The notes beneath the pieces were generated by a model. The model made no database searches and was not told the DNA's origin. It worked only from the letters and a program-made list of their open reading frames with translations. Shown here in pieces: positions 18,393 to 27,531 of a stretch of DNA of 64,000 bases; position 1 is the stretch's first letter, and each line of letters begins with the position of its first letter. The stretch lies in the NCBI GenBank assembly GCA_964464735.1, contig CAYXKF010000002.1, positions 3,833 to 67,832 of the forward strand, in the 5' to 3' direction. The stretch comes from an uncultured Candidatus Saccharibacteria bacterium (lineage in GTDB: Bacteria; Patescibacteriota; Minisyncoccia; Phycocordibacterales; UBA1006). Both the position numbers and the translations under genes were made by a program.

Positions 18393-18486
18393 AGTGTTAC
18401 ATGCGCATACGCGCTGTGCTTTTTACAGAATACTTGCTTTATTCTTTCTTGTCATCTTTTTTATGGGGATAACGCGTGAACAAAAA

Positions 18487-21400
18487 TTAAAAGTTTGCCG
18501 TAACTGTATAAATAATGTTTGTTGTGTATGTTCCAGCTTCGGTGGTAGGTGCAATGTTGGCGATTGAACGGGCAGAATACGTTGTTGTCGCCCCATCCCC
18601 GCTTGCGGCACTTGCAATCGCACTTGGTGTTGTTGCATTGGCGGCGTACGCAAAACCCGATGCTGCGTATGGAGACAAGACTGCACCTATTCCTCCCGAT
18701 GCCGTAAAGCGAAAACCGAATTGTTCGCTACCGGTCGACGAAGCGGTGTTTGTCCCACCAATTGCATTAATAGTATTACTTCCCGACGTCAGCGTCGCAC
18801 CTCGAATGCTTAATGTGTACCCGGATGTTGCGTTGGTTGCGACACTAATAGTATGCGCTTCGGTTTCAGAACTTGCACCACTAGTATCCCCCGTTGCAAA
18901 ACGGGCAGTCGAAGATGAAAGAGTTCCAAAGCCAATCGAATTATCCGAGATCGAAAACGACAATGTTTGCGCACTTGCAAACACCCAACACGAGTCGTTG
19001 TTACCCGAATTAATTGAGTTTGTTGTATTGATTGTAATGGCCCCAACTTCACATCCGCCGTCTTGCACGTCTGCATAATCAACCGACGCGGTGCCGGTTG
19101 GATTAAACTGCCACTTGGTTCCGCTTGAAACCGAGCGCAGTCGGATGCGGTTACCCGCGCTTCCGGCAACGGTAAATAAATTTGTTACTGCATAAATAGG
19201 CACTCCTGAAACGGCAAATTGAACTTCTTTGGCAGCGGTATGTGTAATAGTTAGGTTATAGAATGTTGTTGAACCTGTTACTACGGCAGTTGTGGCACTA
19301 TTAAGAATCACAGTCGAGGTTCCTTGCGTAAAAGTGCCAGCATTCGTCCAGTTGCCAGCAACCGTAATCGTTGATGCATTGGCCGTCAGCGTTGCCCCCG
19401 ACTGAATATCAATTGCACCCGCATTAAGGGCATAGTTCGTTGCGGTAGTAGTAAGCGTGTTGGCGGCAATACTTACGGTTCCTGTTGCTGTCGTCGTACC
19501 ATTTAAAGATTTTGTACCACTGGCTCCTGATATGGTTAATCCAACATATGAGATCGTACTGTCGACATTCTGAGTTGTACCGTTATACTCAACCACCGAT
19601 CCTGCGCCCATCGTTCGAGTTTCGAAGCTTTGATACGTGCCTGTAAAGTTCGCTGCACCTGCCCGCAAGGTGGCATTAGTCACTGTAAGAGTGTTAGTCC
19701 CATTTCCAATAAACGAGGACGTGGCAGCGTTTAGTATGCCGTTGGTAACAGTAAGATCATGGTTTACCGTTAAGTTACCTGCACCTGGGGTTTTAATCCC
19801 TGTTCCTGACGAAATAACATCATAAAAAACTCCTTGGATGTTTCCATCCCCGTTGCCCGAAAATGTAACCTCGGATGTTCCCGGATTCATAACCCCGTTC
19901 GAGTTTTTAAGAAAGATGTTTCCACTTGTACCAGTAACATTTATATTTGAGTCGTTAAGCGTCATAATCGCACTTGCCGTGTTTGCAATTAATACCTTTC
20001 CTACGCTCAAAGCATAGTTATTATTTGTTGTATCAAACGTACCGAGCGTAACCGTCAGGGTTCCTGCAGGGTCAATAGTTGTCGAGCCCTCTAATACATA
20101 GGTTTCAGAAGTGTTATTAAGTGTCAAGTTATAGTATGTAACATCATCTGAAATCGTGGTATTACCAGAAGCATTGTTTCCCATAAGCGTAACAGTCGAT
20201 GTGCCGCGGTCGAATGTGCCGGCGTTGGTAAGTACCGTACCCGTCGTACCATTAAGGGTAACACTCGATGAGCTTGCACTAAAAGTTCCACTTGCTCCAA
20301 TATCAAGTCGACCGAATGCACAGGCCTGCCCGCCGGTTGCAAGCGTTCCGTTACTGACGGAAAGTACATTAGAAACTGTCAGGGTGATACCAGCCGTTTT
20401 TGTTCCTGTACCTGATAGAGTCAAATTATAGAAAGTAATGGTAGTACCTGAAGTCAGTATCTGAACATCACCATTTCCAACAATATCAACGGTTGAGGAT
20501 CCGGCAGTAAATATGGCAGCAACCGGCTTGGTAATATAGATTCCCGATGTTGCAGTCAATGTAATCGTTGATCCGCGGGCATTCACAATAGCTGAAGCAC
20601 TGTTTGCCCAAACTATTTTCCCTACCGAAAGTGCGTAATTGTTGGTTGTGGTATCAAGAGTCCCTGCACTAATAGTAAGCGTACCACCGGCATTTCCTGT
20701 AGTTGCCCCTTCAAGCTCGTATGTTTCAGAACTATTATTGATAGTAAGGTTATAATACGGTATATCTTTATTTATAATGGTATTACCTGATCCATTATTT
20801 CCCGTATAGGTAGTAGTAGATGTTCCCATATTAAATGTTCCAGCAGTGGATAATACAGGATCACCACTAGTCCCTGAAAGGGTTAACGTGGACGCATTCA
20901 AGGTTAATGTTCCCCCAGATTGCACATCAATAATTCCTGCGGCTAATCCGAAGTTTGACGCGGTCGTGCTGAGTGTTCCGTTAGTGAGAGAAAAAGTATT
21001 CGATACTGTTGTCGCAGCCCCTAGCGTTTTAGTTCCTGTACCCGATATGGTCATATTATAAAACGTCGGCGGAGTGTTGGTCGTCAACGCGGCATCGCCG
21101 TTTCCGCTGAAATTTACAGTCGAGGTACCCGCAGTTACCGTCGAAGATGAACCTTTGGTAAAAAGCGTTCCGGATGTTGCGGTAATATTAATCGTTGATG
21201 CGTTAAACAGCATGATGGCACTTGCGCTGTTGGCTGTGATAATTTTACCTGTTGTGAGTGTATAGTTGGAACTTGTTGTATCAAGTGTTCCCAAAGATAC
21301 GGTCAATGTTCCCGCGGCATTCACCGTCGTTGCACCTTCAAGTACGAATGTTTCAGAGGTGTTGTTAACCGTAAGGTTATAATACGGAATTCCCTGACTT

Positions 21401-24400
21401 ATAATCGTGTTCCCTGATGCATTGTTCGCCGTATAGGATACGGTCGACGTTCCCATGTTTAATGTTCCTGCCGTCGAATCAACCGGATCACCGTCAGTGG
21501 TTGTAAACCCGATAGCAGACGCGTTTGCCGTAAATGTTCCTCCTGATTGCACATCAAGGTTTCCAACTGAAAGGCTAAGATTGCTGGCACTCGTACTAAA
21601 CGTACCATTGGTAATCGAAAGCGTTCCCGCGGCATTCAGTGTCAGCGCAAGACCAAGCGTTTTGGTTCCGGTTCCAGACGATGTCATGTTATAGAATGTT
21701 GGCGACGAGGTAGCGTTTATGGTCGCGTCTCCGTTACCAGTAAGCGCAACGGTTGATGTTCCGGCGTTGAAAACAGCACTTGATGCTTTTGTAAATAACG
21801 TTACCCCTGTCCCAGTGAGGTTAATTGTCGAAGCATTGGCCGTTAAAATACACCCCGAGTTATTAGATGCTAAGTTAATTCTTCCCGCGTTGAGCGTATA
21901 GTTACTGTTTGTCGTATCCAGAGTACCCAAGGTAATCGTAAGCACCCCGGCGGCGTTGATCGTCGTTGTCCCGTTGAGTACGAATGTTTCAGAGGTGTTG
22001 TTAACCGTAAGGTTATAATACGAGACGTTGCTTGGTATCGTCGTGTTTCCTGCCGCATTGTTTCCTGTAAGCGCAATCGTTGATGTTCCCGCCGTAAACA
22101 TGCCGCCAGCCGTAAGTGTAAGTGGTGTTCCAGTTGTACCGGTAAGGGTGATCGTAGAAGCGTTTGCAGTAAGTGTTCCCGTTGATCCGATGGTAAGCGT
22201 CGTGCCTGTAAGTGAGCGCGATGTACCGTTTGAAGTATTTAATATACCGTTTACCGTAATTGTTCCCAGCGCCGGAGAGTTCACGTTCATCGTTACGGTA
22301 TCGGTCGCAAGAATCGTGATGTTGTCCCCCGCCGCAGGAACGCCACCCGTACCTGCACATCCGCTCCAGGTTGCACCGGTGTTCCATGAACCACCACCCG
22401 TTCCGTTTGTCGTACACGTCGCGTCGGACGCAACTTGCCATTCGCGCGCTTCGTGAAAAATATCTTCGCCGTCTTCAAAAAATGTCAGCGGTCCTAGTAA
22501 GTAAAACTCAGGGCTTACGTCAGGCGCGTCAAAATAGTACCCTAAAACGGTTTCAACACCCGCTTCAAGCGAAACATTCCACGTAATTTTTTGCACACCG
22601 TATTCGTAATCAACTGATTCATATGCCTGGCTATGCTGCGGTTGCGTAATGTCAAAACTTTCCGGAACAATCTCAACGACTTCGCCCTCCCAATCAGTTT
22701 CCGAAGTAACATACAGTGTTACTGGGTATGGCGCGCCAGGATAAATGCGCGACGGCCCGGTACGGCGTACATCGAATTTTGGACGTGATGCAATTTTAAA
22801 ATAATCGGTAATCGATTTCTCACCGTTGTCGGTCATCGCAGTTAGATGCATAGAATACGTGCCGACCGCACTTGGCAAATTAAGATGCGCATAGTAATCG
22901 GGTGTCATGATAACGTTATCAATCTGACAGTCAGTGTTTTTTACAATTGTCCCATTGTCAGTTGAAAGTGATTGGTTATAGCCACCAGGACCAGTAACCC
23001 TAAGTGTAAGGTCAGCATTACAAATAGTATGACCATTGTCATCAAGGACACCCATCTGCAAGTATGCATTATCGCCCGGCACATATATCGATTTACTGGT
23101 GTTGATCGAAAGAACCCCCCACGTGAAATCCTGTTCGGAAATAATGATCATCTGCGGCGTCATCAAAGACACCTTAAGCGTATAGCGCCCGGGCTTAAAT
23201 GCCCGTTCGGGTTGATGGATTGTAATTTTTTGTTTTTCGACGCCGTTTTCGACAATAGTTTCGACCGTTACAACAATATCAGTCACGTTACCGTCACGAT
23301 CAAGCACGACAGCTTCGACCGTTTGGGGTTCGTCGGCTTCGACAACTGGCACATCTAAAGTCGAGACGATTTCTTCGGTGATTGCGGCCGTAGCATCAGT
23401 AAGTGTTTCGACAATCGGCGCAATAACTTCGGCAGCTTGTTCAACAATTGGGCTTGGCGTTTCAGCATCAAGCGTCGGCACGATTTCTGATTCGGGTGCC
23501 AACACTCCAGTAATATCCAAAATTACCTCGGCTTTATTTTCAGCAACCAACTCGGTCACTTGTTCAATTGAAAGTTTTGGATCCTCGACAATAAATGTCG
23601 GCAAAGCATTAGGTGCAAAATCAGTGTCACCGTCGACGATCGAAAGCGATTCGTCGGTAATCATGACGGTCGGCACAACTGCGGGATCTTCGGCTTTATG
23701 ATATTGCGCTTCGATACTTACGCTCTCTAGATACGCCGTTAATTTTTCTGGAGCTTCGTCGGCAATAGTAATTGCAATGCGCAGTTGCGAAACATCAGCC
23801 CACGTTGAAACATCAGGATCAGTGATTTCAAAACGCGCATTGTGCCAATCACTGGTGCTAATATCTGCAAGCGCTTTCCATGTCTCGCCGTCAACCGAAT
23901 ACACGATTTTTGCAAGTGGTGCATCCGTCGCAATATCCGCGTCATTTATTTCGCCATTTGTTTCAGCTTCTTCGGCATACACTTTTGCAATCAGTGAATC
24001 AAAAAATTGCATTGCGGTCGATTCGCCATCATCAGTCGACGTATCAGAATCTTCGGAAGAAGATTCAGAAACTTGCGACTCGTTTTCAACCAGCTCGTCA
24101 TGTGATTCTTCTTCCTGTACGGCTGTCTCTTCAACAACATTTTCTTGCTCTTCGACAATAGGCTCGTTTTGATCTTCGTCTGGTAGTGGAGCCAGTGTTT
24201 GTTCTTCAACCGAAGATTCACCTGAAATCTCTGGGTCGTCCTGACTTTCAGGCGCCTCATTGTCTTGTGTTTGATTATCGGTTGGCGATGATACTTTCCA
24301 GCGAAGCGTCAAAAAGAATTTTTCAGGCGAAACGCCTTCGGGTATTTCGCCATTAAAGTCGCGACATGTCATTTCGTTCCCTGCTTTTCCTTCGGCGCTG

Positions 24401-24681
24401 TTTTCGGACGTAATAGCACCTTCATCATCCGGATCCCCGACCGCACGATCGGCATTGTTCCACGAGCCAATACAAGTATCCGGGCGAAAGACGACAATAT
24501 CAGCACGCGTATTATGAAAAGGACTTAATACAAAAAGCGCAATGATGGTTACAGCCGTCAGTATAATTTTTGATGCATGCCAAAAACCACGAGGCAACGC
24601 GCTGACATGGTCACGAATTGGTTGTAAAGATGCGGTTGATTTTACAGGCAACATACGCACGCGATCCCAAAAGCGCATCAT
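18487..24681 (-). CDS. giant (2064 aa) surface protein
   Basis: Direct reading of the translation shows an N-terminal signal anchor and then an acidic Glu/Asp-rich segment. The central part carries at least four tandem ~210-aa repeats (YYNLTVNNTSETFVL.G.TT.NAAG.LT..LGTLDTT..NY.L..G...). These are rich in T/G/N/S and look like beta-helix adhesin repeats. The C-terminus is a domain shared with the adjacent 351-aa protein. Confidence 0.65.
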   Translation of the reverse strand: MMRFWDRVRMLPVKSTASLQPIRDHVSALPRGFWHASKIILTAVTIIALFVLSPFHNTRADIVVFRPDTCIGSWNNADRAVGDPDDEGAITSENSAEGKAGNEMTCRDFNGEIPEGVSPEKFFLTLRWKVSSPTDNQTQDNEAPESQDDPEISGESSVEEQTLAPLPDEDQNEPIVEEQENVVEETAVQEEESHDELVENESQVSESSSEDSDTSTDDGESTAMQFFDSLIAKVYAEEAETNGEINDADIATDAPLAKIVYSVDGETWKALADISTSDWHNARFEITDPDVSTWADVSQLRIAITIADEAPEKLTAYLESVSIEAQYHKAEDPAVVPTVMITDESLSIVDGDTDFAPNALPTFIVEDPKLSIEQVTELVAENKAEVILDITGVLAPESEIVPTLDAETPSPIVEQAAEVIAPIVETLTDATAAITEEIVSTLDVPVVEADEPQTVEAVVLDRDGNVTDIVVTVETIVENGVEKQKITIHQPERAFKPGRYTLKVSLMTPQMIIISEQDFTWGVLSINTSKSIYVPGDNAYLQMGVLDDNGHTICNADLTLRVTGPGGYNQSLSTDNGTIVKNTDCQIDNVIMTPDYYAHLNLPSAVGTYSMHLTAMTDNGEKSITDYFKIASRPKFDVRRTGPSRIYPGAPYPVTLYVTSETDWEGEVVEIVPESFDITQPQHSQAYESVDYEYGVQKITWNVSLEAGVETVLGYYFDAPDVSPEFYLLGPLTFFEDGEDIFHEAREWQVASDATCTTNGTGGGSWNTGATWSGCAGTGGVPAAGDNITILATDTVTMNVNSPALGTITVNGILNTSNGTSRSLTGTTLTIGSTGTLTANASTITLTGTTGTPLTLTAGGMFTAGTSTIALTGNNAAGNTTIPSNVSYYNLTVNNTSETFVLNGTTTINAAGVLTITLGTLDTTNSNYTLNAGRINLASNNSGCILTANASTINLTGTGVTLFTKASSAVFNAGTSTVALTGNGDATINATSSPTFYNMTSSGTGTKTLGLALTLNAAGTLSITNGTFSTSASNLSLSVGNLDVQSGGTFTANASAIGFTTTDGDPVDSTAGTLNMGTSTVSYTANNASGNTIISQGIPYYNLTVNNTSETFVLEGATTVNAAGTLTVSLGTLDTTSSNYTLTTGKIITANSASAIMLFNASTINITATSGTLFTKGSSSTVTAGTSTVNFSGNGDAALTTNTPPTFYNMTISGTGTKTLGAATTVSNTFSLTNGTLSTTASNFGLAAGIIDVQSGGTLTLNASTLTLSGTSGDPVLSTAGTFNMGTSTTTYTGNNGSGNTIINKDIPYYNLTINNSSETYELEGATTGNAGGTLTISAGTLDTTTNNYALSVGKIVWANSASAIVNARGSTITLTATSGIYITKPVAAIFTAGSSTVDIVGNGDVQILTSGTTITFYNLTLSGTGTKTAGITLTVSNVLSVSNGTLATGGQACAFGRLDIGASGTFSASSSSVTLNGTTGTVLTNAGTFDRGTSTVTLMGNNASGNTTISDDVTYYNLTLNNTSETYVLEGSTTIDPAGTLTVTLGTFDTTNNNYALSVGKVLIANTASAIMTLNDSNINVTGTSGNIFLKNSNGVMNPGTSEVTFSGNGDGNIQGVFYDVISSGTGIKTPGAGNLTVNHDLTVTNGILNAATSSFIGNGTNTLTVTNATLRAGAANFTGTYQSFETRTMGAGSVVEYNGTTQNVDSTISYVGLTISGASGTKSLNGTTTATGTVSIAANTLTTTATNYALNAGAIDIQSGATLTANASTITVAGNWTNAGTFTQGTSTVILNSATTAVVTGSTTFYNLTITHTAAKEVQFAVSGVPIYAVTNLFTVAGSAGNRIRLRSVSSGTKWQFNPTGTASVDYADVQDGGCEVGAITINTTNSINSGNNDSCWVFASAQTLSFSISDNSIGFGTLSSSTARFATGDTSGASSETEAHTISVATNATSGYTLSIRGATLTSGSNTINAIGGTNTASSTGSEQFGFRFTASGGIGAVLSPYAASGFAYAANATTPSAIASAASGDGATTTYSARSIANIAPTTEAGTYTTNIIYTVTANF
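19600..22400. repeat. intragenic tandem DNA repeats (~630-bp period, at least 4 copies, long stretches identical) inside the giant surface-protein gene
   Basis: For example 'gaatgtttcagaggtgttgttaaccgtaaggttataatacg' recurs at about 21346 and 21976, and related copies appear near 20110 and 20745. Confidence 0.7.
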
Positions 24682-24714
24682 GCCCCCAGTATAGCAAATT
24701 AAGCAAAAAATTCC

Positions 24715-26202
24715 TTAGACAATCATCTTTCTAAACGATACGCACAGCAAACAATAAATTGCGATCATACTAACTAATGAAAGCGAGAAATTTATAGTCG
24801 AAAATGGCAAAGCGCTAATAAAATGGGCAATGCTTATGATGTACCCGATCGCAATCTTAAAAGGTAAGGCAATGACAAAACCGATTGCATACGAGAAAAG
24901 CGCAACCGGCACAAGCAACGCACTAAGTGCCATAACAATAGGAACAAACGGCACGACCAAAAGATTTGCGATAAGCCCATAAATCGCAAACGTGCCAAAC
25001 TGGTACATACTGTAGGGATACACAAAAAGCGATACTGCCGCAGTTATCGCAAGCGTCTCGCGAAGGATAAATTTTTCTGGGACGCGCGAGAAAAGATTTT
25101 CAAAGTAATCGCTTCCCAAAACCATTCCCAAAGTTGCCAAAAAAGATAAATGAAACGACACATCATAAAGCAGTATTGCCGGATTAATTGACGCCATAAT
25201 AATTGCCGAAAAGCACAGCGCCCTAAATCCAAGCGCTGGATTCCCCCGCTCTTTTACCAAGTACGCTAGTGCCGCCATAATGACTGCGCGCAATAGCGGC
25301 GGATCGCTTCCTAGAAAAAATAATATCGCTGCAAACAGCAGCGTGTGTGCTAAAAATTTTACGAAGCGATTACGGATAATTGAAAATAGCGGCAACAAGA
25401 TGATAAGCATGATGGTTACATTTGATCCCGAAAGCACCATAATGTGCGACAACCCTGCGGTGCGAAATGTATTTTCAAGCATGTTAGGTATATGTGCTTT
25501 TTCGCCATATACAATACCTGCAGCAATTGCGGCATTAGCCGGCTGTAGATAACTACGGTACGTATTCCAAAATAATTCGCGCACTTTGTTTCGGACACGA
25601 TACAATCCACGCGCGCTTTCGCTGGCAACAATGCGTGCGGACTGCATCGTGCAGCACACACCTTTTGCTAAAAGATAATCAGCAAATGTCGTATCCGAAT
25701 CACCAAGCTTTGTTTGCTTAGGCGCAAGCAATATTCCAGCAACTGAAACGGTGCTGCCTTGTGTTACTGAAGGAGTTATTGAAACTATTACCCGCGCACG
25801 AAAATGTTTTTGCAGCTTTTCACAATACGTCGAATCGTTTGAACATATAGTTCGAAAGCGCATATCAAATTGATAGCCACCAAACTGTGTTTCTGAAACA
25901 TCGGTCACTACAATTCCTTGTATAACCGACTTTTCGTATCGGCGCATAAATTCTGTCGACATATCCGAGGAACGCATAACACCCAATGAAGCGACCAACC
26001 CGACTGCAAAGGCAAAAAATATCCAGCCGATCCAACTTATTTTTGCTGTCGCACGAAAACGAATACACCAAACAATAAGCGCACTAATTACAGAAAAAAT
26101 TGCAAGCCAAAGCAGCAATTTAAAAGGCACCTGCGGCACATGCCACAAAAGGGCTCCTGCAAGCCAACTGCTTATGCATGCAATAAACCAATACCGTGGC
26201 AT
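24715..26202 (-). CDS. comEC: ComEC/Rec2 DNA-internalisation channel protein, membrane part only (DUF4131 plus competence domain, no MBL domain)
   Basis: 495 aa, 10 or more TM. ComEC-like segments are 'GIVVTDVSETQFGGYQF..RARVI', 'AIAAGIVYGEKAHIP.....FRTAGLSHIMVLSGSNVTIM' and 'LAYLVKERGNPALGFRAL'. The protein ends without a beta-lactamase-fold domain. Confidence 0.7.
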   Translation of the reverse strand: MPRYWFIACISSWLAGALLWHVPQVPFKLLLWLAIFSVISALIVWCIRFRATAKISWIGWIFFAFAVGLVASLGVMRSSDMSTEFMRRYEKSVIQGIVVTDVSETQFGGYQFDMRFRTICSNDSTYCEKLQKHFRARVIVSITPSVTQGSTVSVAGILLAPKQTKLGDSDTTFADYLLAKGVCCTMQSARIVASESARGLYRVRNKVRELFWNTYRSYLQPANAAIAAGIVYGEKAHIPNMLENTFRTAGLSHIMVLSGSNVTIMLIILLPLFSIIRNRFVKFLAHTLLFAAILFFLGSDPPLLRAVIMAALAYLVKERGNPALGFRALCFSAIIMASINPAILLYDVSFHLSFLATLGMVLGSDYFENLFSRVPEKFILRETLAITAAVSLFVYPYSMYQFGTFAIYGLIANLLVVPFVPIVMALSALLVPVALFSYAIGFVIALPFKIAIGYIISIAHFISALPFSTINFSLSLVSMIAIYCLLCVSFRKMIV

Positions 26203-26359
26203 AATTTACAAGGAACCTTCGGCTCCAAAATATTTTCCGAAGTCCGAAGCTTGTCTAAGCGAAGCGAGTTCTGCAGGACTGAGGAAAATGTTTTGGGGCC
26301 GAAGCTATCCGAGCGAAAGCGAGTTCTGAAGGATCGTGAAAAATATAAAGGATGCGAAG
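26203..26359. repeat. intergenic region with imperfect ~35-nt direct repeats and ccgaag motifs, upstream of the comEC-led operon
   Basis: 'aagcgaagcgagttctgcaggactgaggaaaatgtt' and 'gagcgaaagcgagttctgaaggatcgtgaaaaatata', plus 'ccgaagtccgaagc' and 'gccgaagctatccgag'. Confidence 0.5.
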
Positions 26360-27085
26360 CTATTGTTTTTCTTGAAATTCTTCCATAATACTTTTTTCTT
26401 CTTCTGCCGAAAATACTTTTTTATATTTTGCCGCTTTGCCGTGCACACGCGCTTTTGTTTCGTCCCAGGTTTTATGTGTCATGATTTTTCCATCAACCAA
26501 ACTGACATAGCTGTAAGCGACTTTCTTTTCCGTAGCACTGGATGGCTTGGCTGGTCTAATATTAGTCGGCACATCCATAAATGTGTCGATTATTTTTGCA
26601 TAATCGGAAAACGAATATTGTTTCGAGAATTTTTTTTTCGAATCGGCCGCAACTGTCGCAAGCTCGTCTACCCGTTCGTTCATCGAGACCCCACTATGGC
26701 CCGATACACGCTTAACATCGCATTTCACACTTTGCATAAGTGCAAAACATTTTTTCCAAAGTTCAAGATTTTGAATAGATTCACCCGTTTGAGTCTTCCA
26801 TCCTTTCTTGATCCAGCCGAAAATCCACATGGTCATCCCCTGCGCAACATACGCCGAATCGGTATATAAAGTCATGTGTGAAATATTTTTTTTATGAGCA
26901 TGGCGCAGGGCTTCGACAACAGCTGTAAGTTCCATTGCATTATTAGTTGTCTTGGTGTCAAAACCAGCGGTTTCATACACGACTTGATTATCGGTATCGA
27001 TCAAGGCAAAACCCCACCCTCCTGGGCCTGGATTTCCCCGCGACGCACCGTCAGTAAATGCAACAACTCCTTCGTGTAATTTCAT
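26360..27085 (-). CDS. rnhA: ribonuclease HI with a C-terminal hybrid-binding-domain-like (Cauli_VI / RNase H1 N-terminal-type) module
   Basis: RNase H fold with DEDD residues ('AFTDGASRGNPGPGGWG', 'MELTAV', 'LYTDSAYV', 'HSGVSMNERVDELA'). The C-terminal 'VAYSYVSLVDGKIMTHKTWDETKARVHGKAAKYKKVFSAEEEKSIMEEF' matches the HBD consensus (Y.V..G...GIY..W.E....V.G...A.YKKF...EEA). Confidence 0.7.
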   Translation of the reverse strand: MKLHEGVVAFTDGASRGNPGPGGWGFALIDTDNQVVYETAGFDTKTTNNAMELTAVVEALRHAHKKNISHMTLYTDSAYVAQGMTMWIFGWIKKGWKTQTGESIQNLELWKKCFALMQSVKCDVKRVSGHSGVSMNERVDELATVAADSKKKFSKQYSFSDYAKIIDTFMDVPTNIRPAKPSSATEKKVAYSYVSLVDGKIMTHKTWDETKARVHGKAAKYKKVFSAEEEKSIMEEFQEKQ

Positions 27086-27519
27086 ATATGTGATTCCCTC
27101 TGCTTAAGAGTTTCATTAGCCAAAACTCCGCCAATAATCTCTATCGGTGATTTTGTTGCATATTTTGCCAGCTCTTTTGCTTTTATCGGGAGCGATGCGG
27201 TGGGTTCAGTTTCAGCTCCATAATATACTCGAGGGATTTTTGCCTTAACAAGCGCAGATAAGCAGGTTGCGCATGGTTCAGATGTTGTATAAAAAGTAAC
27301 ATCAGAAAGTGAAAGAGAGTTTCGCATTTTGCAAAGTCCTCGGATGCAATTAATTTCACCGTGAGCAGTCGGATCCATATATTCTTGTACGCGATCGTGG
27401 TCGCGCCAAACAATCTCTCCTTTCTCAGAGACTGCAATTGCGCCAAATGGAGCATTCCCTTCTTTAACTGCAATCTCAGCCTCTTTTAATGCTTCTCGCA
27501 TGTAATCTTCGTGGTTCAT
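27082..27519 (-). CDS. CMP/dCMP-type zinc deaminase (TadA / nucleoside deaminase family)
   Basis: 'HGEINCI' (H-x-E) and 'PCATC' zinc-binding motifs; 145 aa; 4-nt overlap with rnhA. Confidence 0.6.
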   Translation of the reverse strand: MNHEDYMREALKEAEIAVKEGNAPFGAIAVSEKGEIVWRDHDRVQEYMDPTAHGEINCIRGLCKMRNSLSLSDVTFYTTSEPCATCLSALVKAKIPRVYYGAETEPTASLPIKAKELAKYATKSPIEIIGGVLANETLKQRESHI

Positions 27520-27531
27520 ACCGATACTATA

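Noticed and set aside
19600-22400. Possible CRISPR array suggested by recurring identical ~40-nt segments
   Set aside because: The repeats are ~630 bp apart, sit inside a single ORF, and encode homologous protein modules. No short direct repeats with unique spacers or cas genes occur anywhere in the window.
18515-24260. Many plus-strand ORFs (60-190 aa) listed inside the giant minus-strand gene
   Set aside because: They are antisense to a continuous 2064-aa ORF with clear protein-like repeat structure. Their low-complexity Ala/Val/Pro-rich translations are what one expects antisense to Thr/Gly/Asn-rich coding sequence.
26336-26869. 177-aa plus-strand ORF
   Set aside because: It is antisense to rnhA, and its Phe/Cys/Arg-rich composition is typical of antisense frames.
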